Both the position numbers and the translations under genes were made by a program. The notes under the pieces are model-generated. The model did no database searches and was not told where the DNA came from. It was given only the letters and a program-made list of their open reading frames with translations. Of a stretch of 27,899 nucleotides of DNA, positions 24,228 through 27,899 are shown piece after piece. Source of the stretch: an uncultured archaeon (GTDB lineage: Archaea; Iainarchaeota; Iainarchaeia; Iainarchaeales; 0-14-0-20-30-16); NCBI GenBank assembly GCA_964565725.1, contig CAZMGA010000009.1:1-27899 (forward strand). Reading direction: 5' to 3'. Position 1 is the stretch's first letter. Each line of letters opens with the position of its first letter.

Positions 24228-26117
24228 ATGAATAAAGATGAAATAATTCAACAAATTAAAGAGGTTTTAAAAAACGTCCAAGTAAGTAAAATTGAATTTT
24301 TGGGGCCAGAGATTTATATTTATACTAAAAACATATCTGATTTTTATGAAAATGAAAAATACATTTCTAATTTAGCTTTCATATTAAAAAAGAAAGTAAA
24401 TATTAGAAGCGAAGTTTCTGAATTAATGGACTTAAATGAAGCAAAAGAAAAAATTGTAAATATAATTCCTAAAGAAGCGGGGGTTGCAGCTATTTATTTT
24501 GATACTGCTTTTTCAGAAGTTGTTATTGAAGCATTAAAACCAGGATTAGTAATTGGTAAAAGTGGACAAACAACTAAACAAATAATTTTAGAAACTAAAT
24601 GGACTCCTTCAATTTTAAGAAAATCTACAATAGAAGGCAAATATTTAAAACAGATAAGGGGTTTAATTTACAAATATAGTTCAGAAAGAAAAAAAAATTT
24701 AATTTATGCTGCTGACAAAATATTTACTGGAAAAAAATCTAAAAAAGATTGGGTTAGATTTTGTTGTTTAGGTGCTTTTAGAGAAGTAGGTAGAAGTTGT
24801 ATATTATTAGAAACTGCAAATTCTAAAATATTATTAGATTGTGGTGTGAGCACAACTTATGGCGATGATATGTATCCTGAATTAAGTAGTATGGGACACG
24901 CCATAAATGATATTGATGCCGTAGTATTAACTCATGCACATACAGATCATGCTGCTTTTGTTCCTTATCTATATAAAATAGGTTATAAAGGGCCAGTTTA
25001 TTGTACTGCTCCAACAAGAGATATAATGTATGTTTTACAAATGGATTACATAAATGTTTCAGGCAAAGATGGTCAAGAAGCACCATATACTGAAGCAGAC
25101 ATAAATGAAATGTTAAAACACATAATTGTTAGGGATTATGACGAAGTAACAGATATTACTCCAGATATAAGATTAACATTCCATAATGCAGCACATATTT
25201 TGGGTTCTGCAAGTGTTCATTTACATATTGGGGATGGTGCACATAATTTAATGTATTCTGGAGATTTAAAATTTGGATTTACAAGATTATTTAATAATTT
25301 AGAAGAAAAATATCCTAGATTAGAAACTTTAATTTTAGAAAGTACCTATGGTGGAAATAATGATATTATGCCTCAAAGAAATATAGCTGAAGATCGTTTA
25401 ATTTCTGTTATTAACGATACTATAAAAAATAATGGTAATGTTTTAATTCCTGTTTTTGGAGTTGGTAGAAGTCAAGAAGTAATGTTAGTTTTAGAAGAAT
25501 ATTTTAGACGAAATAAGTTATTGGCAAAAAATGTATATTTGGCAGGAATAATAAAAGAAGTGTGTGCAATTCATACAGCATATCCTGATTATTTTAAAGA
25601 AAATCTTAAAAGAAGAGTTTTACAAAATAACTCTCCATTTAGTTCTCCAATATTTAAGGAAATTGAAAACAAACAAAACTTAGAGGATGTTTCTAATGAA
25701 ACTTGTAATGTTTTTTTAGCAACTTCTGGTATGTTAGTTGGTGGTATGTCTGTTGATTTATTACATAAATTTGCAAGTAATGAAAAGAATACATTAATAT
25801 TTGTAGGTTGGCAATCAGAAGGTTCTATAGGTAGAAGATTACAAGAAGGATTAAAAGAAATAACTATATTAGATGAAAAAGGAAAATTAAAAAAGATACC
25901 TGTAAACATGAACGTTGTAACAATTGAAGGTTTTTCAGGACATAGTGATAAAAATCAATTAATGGCATATATTAAAAATTTAAATCCAATTCCTAAAAGA
26001 ATTTATTTAGATCACGGAGAAGAAGATAAATCAATTTCTTTTGCTAAATATGTGTCTTCAAAATTGAATATTCCTTGTTATGCTCCTAAAAATTTAGAAT
26101 GTATTAGAATTAGATAA
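24228..26117 (+). CDS. aCPSF1: aCPSF1-type KH domain / metallo-beta-lactamase / beta-CASP ribonuclease
   Basis: N-terminal KH region (GLVIGKSGQTTKQI), VVLTHAHTDHAAF, AAHILGSASVH, MYSGDLKFG, ATSGMLVGGMSVDLL, EGFSGHSDKNQLM, DHGEEDKSISFA. Confidence 0.95.
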   Translation: MNKDEIIQQIKEVLKNVQVSKIEFLGPEIYIYTKNISDFYENEKYISNLAFILKKKVNIRSEVSELMDLNEAKEKIVNIIPKEAGVAAIYFDTAFSEVVIEALKPGLVIGKSGQTTKQIILETKWTPSILRKSTIEGKYLKQIRGLIYKYSSERKKNLIYAADKIFTGKKSKKDWVRFCCLGAFREVGRSCILLETANSKILLDCGVSTTYGDDMYPELSSMGHAINDIDAVVLTHAHTDHAAFVPYLYKIGYKGPVYCTAPTRDIMYVLQMDYINVSGKDGQEAPYTEADINEMLKHIIVRDYDEVTDITPDIRLTFHNAAHILGSASVHLHIGDGAHNLMYSGDLKFGFTRLFNNLEEKYPRLETLILESTYGGNNDIMPQRNIAEDRLISVINDTIKNNGNVLIPVFGVGRSQEVMLVLEEYFRRNKLLAKNVYLAGIIKEVCAIHTAYPDYFKENLKRRVLQNNSPFSSPIFKEIENKQNLEDVSNETCNVFLATSGMLVGGMSVDLLHKFASNEKNTLIFVGWQSEGSIGRRLQEGLKEITILDEKGKLKKIPVNMNVVTIEGFSGHSDKNQLMAYIKNLNPIPKRIYLDHGEEDKSISFAKYVSSKLNIPCYAPKNLECIRIR

Positions 26118-26131
26118 TTCTAATTCTTTTT

Positions 26132-26737
26132 TTATTTTAATTTTAAAAATTCTTTTTCAAAATTTTTCAAAACTTTATAATTATTTTTTAATTTATAATT
26201 TGCTTTTTTTATTAATGTGGATAATTGTTTTTTATCAAATAATATTTTATCATTTATTTTTACAATTACATTTAAATTTTTTGAACCAATTATTTCTATA
26301 ATATAACGACCAGATTCTATGAAAAAAATTCCTCCTCTTTTAATTCCTAGTTCTGTTTTTAGCTTTAAAATTTTATTTGCCTCATATTCATTTTTTGCAA
26401 CAAAATGAAAAATAAACGGTTCTTGTTTTAACCATATTTCTTCGTGTCCTAAATCTTTATTTAATACGTCTAATACTTCTTTTACTTTGACTGTTCTATG
26501 CCATTTACCCATAAATAAATTAGGTTGTTTTTGCTCATCTTTATTACAACCTAAAAGCATAATTCTACCACAACATGATGAACTAGTAAAAAAGTTCTTT
26601 TTTTTATTAAATTTTTTTAAAAAAGGAATTAATGTTATATCTACTTTATTATCTTTAATAGCACTATCTAATTTTTTCATAGTATTTTCTTTAGTCATTT
26701 TAAATCGAATATCTTCTAAATTATTCATAAAATCCAC
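26132..26737 (-). CDS. taw3: Taw3/TYW3-like wyosine biosynthesis methyltransferase
   Basis: FFTSSSCCGRIMLL, KWHRTVKVKEV, WLKQEPFIFHFVA, LKTELGIKRGGIFFI, RYIIEIIGS. Confidence 0.9.
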   Translation of the reverse strand: MDFMNNLEDIRFKMTKENTMKKLDSAIKDNKVDITLIPFLKKFNKKKNFFTSSSCCGRIMLLGCNKDEQKQPNLFMGKWHRTVKVKEVLDVLNKDLGHEEIWLKQEPFIFHFVAKNEYEANKILKLKTELGIKRGGIFFIESGRYIIEIIGSKNLNVIVKINDKILFDKKQLSTLIKKANYKLKNNYKVLKNFEKEFLKLK

Positions 26738-26772
26738 TTAAATATTAGGAATGCATCATTATTAAAATATTG

Positions 26773-27899
26773 CTATATAAAATAAATCAAAACTGGAAAA
26801 ATAATACTACTTAACATTAATATTCGTGGGTTGTTTGTGTTAATACACAAAAAACCTATTATTGCAGACACCCAAAAAATTATTAATCCTAAAAATCCAG
26901 AAAAAATAAAAATTAATACATGAAATAAAATTATTAAAAAAGAATAGACATATTTTAAGTTTAAATTAGTTAAATATTTTATACTTAATTTTGCAAATGT
27001 TTTTGTTATAAAATAACTTAAAATTATACCTAAAATTATAAAAAATATTATAAAAAATAAATTATAGTTTGTAGAGTAAGATAAATAATTTTTAAAAAAT
27101 ACCGCTGATGCTGTTCTAGATTTATTTGTATAATATACTACAATAAAAGATAGTATCATAACTAATGTTGTAATCCCTCCATTTAACATAATATATTCTT
27201 CATCATCTAATTTCAAAGTTTTAGCCCCAAAATAAGTTGCTAAACCATTGCCTATGCCTGGAAACAAAGATGCAATAATTGAAAGTATAGATGCTAATAT
27301 TCCAATTCTAAATTTTGTTTTTAAATTAATTTTATATGTGATTATTTTTTGATTTATTTTTTCATATTTTTCATTAAAATAATATAAAATATTTGACATA
27401 CCAAATAATCCTGTAATTAATGGAAATATACTATTATTTATCGATTTATTAAATGCAATATAACCTATAATTGCTGAAAAAATTATTATAAAATATCCAA
27501 AATAATTTTTTTTAGATAAAATTAAAAAAAACAAAGTTAAAATTAAAATTATAGGGGTAATATATGTAATTAATTTAGGAATATAATTTAATATAAAAAT
27601 AAATAATAAAAATAAGGGCAAACCAAAAAATATACTATATATTGCTCCATTCAAATATAAAATTATTGCATAATATCCTTTTCCTTTAAAATATAATTTT
27701 TGAGTTGCCATAGATGATACAAAATTTTCATTATTAGGCACAAAAAATATTGTTGTAGGAATAATACTTAAAAAAGAAAAAATTATAGACATCAGAATTA
27801 TTAAAATTGCATTAAAGTTAGAATCAAAATTAAAAGATGTTAATAAATAAAGGAAATTATTTATGTGTAAACCAGGAATTAAACCAGAAATGATTCCTA
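26773..27899 (-). CDS. TctA-like archaeal membrane transporter, 5' end truncated by the right edge
   Basis: The ORF track starts at 27792, but the frame is open to the right edge and encodes GIISGLIPGLHINNFLYLLTSFNFDSNFNAILIIL upstream of the annotated Met. The GLIPGLH motif and ASLFPGIGNGLATYFG are both TctA-like. Confidence 0.85.
   Translation of the reverse strand, partial: GIISGLIPGLHINNFLYLLTSFNFDSNFNAILIILMSIIFSFLSIIPTTIFFVPNNENFVSSMATQKLYFKGKGYYAIILYLNGAIYSIFFGLPLFLLFIFILNYIPKLITYITPIILILTLFFLILSKKNYFGYFIIIFSAIIGYIAFNKSINNSIFPLITGLFGMSNILYYFNEKYEKINQKIITYKINLKTKFRIGILASILSIIASLFPGIGNGLATYFGAKTLKLDDEEYIMLNGGITTLVMILSFIVVYYTNKSRTASAVFFKNYLSYSTNYNLFFIIFFIILGIILSYFITKTFAKLSIKYLTNLNLKYVYSFLIILFHVLIFIFSGFLGLIIFWVSAIIGFLCINTNNPRILMLSSIIFPVLIYFI

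Noticed and set aside
19283-26741. ORFs 19283..19471, 24823..25086, 25589..25909 and 26487..26741
   Set aside because: They overlap rnhB, aCPSF1 and taw3 on the opposite strand; translations show no recognisable domain.
27863-27899. Plus-strand ORF start MCKPGIKPEMIP with an AAGGA-like ribosome-binding site at the right edge
   Set aside because: The opposite strand encodes a conserved TctA motif (GLIPGLHINN) over the same bases in the frame of the TctA gene, so the plus-strand start is almost certainly spurious.
1-27899. Search for CRISPR arrays, transposases, integrases, toxin-antitoxin or defence islands
   Set aside because: I saw no regularly spaced direct repeats and no such protein signatures; all large ORFs fit housekeeping or membrane families.

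Overview
The window is a very AT-rich archaeal chromosomal segment. Its gene content and small operons look DPANN-like, but that placement is an inference from content and not a phylogenetic test. I read it as mostly core housekeeping sequence. It holds lemA/htpX, tRNA-Leu(CAA) and tRNA-Gly(GCC). A minus-strand operon encodes both subunits of archaeal DNA polymerase D plus an EndoIII-like glycosylase. Next come a bacterial-type leucyl-tRNA synthetase, an ATP-dependent DNA ligase with a short HTH ORF missing from the supplied track, and an FKBP-type isomerase. These are followed by an intron-containing tRNA-Trp(CCA), a type IV pilus/secretion-like ATPase + TadC/FlaJ-like membrane protein + pilin-like small protein, a degenerate Nudix protein, RNase HII, a MarC-like protein and tRNA-Asn(GTT). 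The rest is a small TM protein, Bud32 kinase, a DUF2207-like protein, proteasome beta, aCPSF1-type KH/beta-CASP nuclease, Taw3/TYW3 and a TctA-like membrane protein truncated by the right edge. The most interesting signal is the 111-nt tRNA-Trp intron. It carries box D'/C'-like motifs and two antisense elements which, by the N-plus-five rule, point at positions 34 and 39 of the host tRNA. This resembles the self-targeting box C/D intron known from other archaea, with one degenerate half. Other notable items are an ORF (10401-10808) without an ATG/GTG/TTG start, three near-identical palindromes next to tRNA genes, and a glycosylase with no Fe-S cysteines. I saw no CRISPR array, transposase or defence system. 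I cannot claim a wholly new system from sequence alone.
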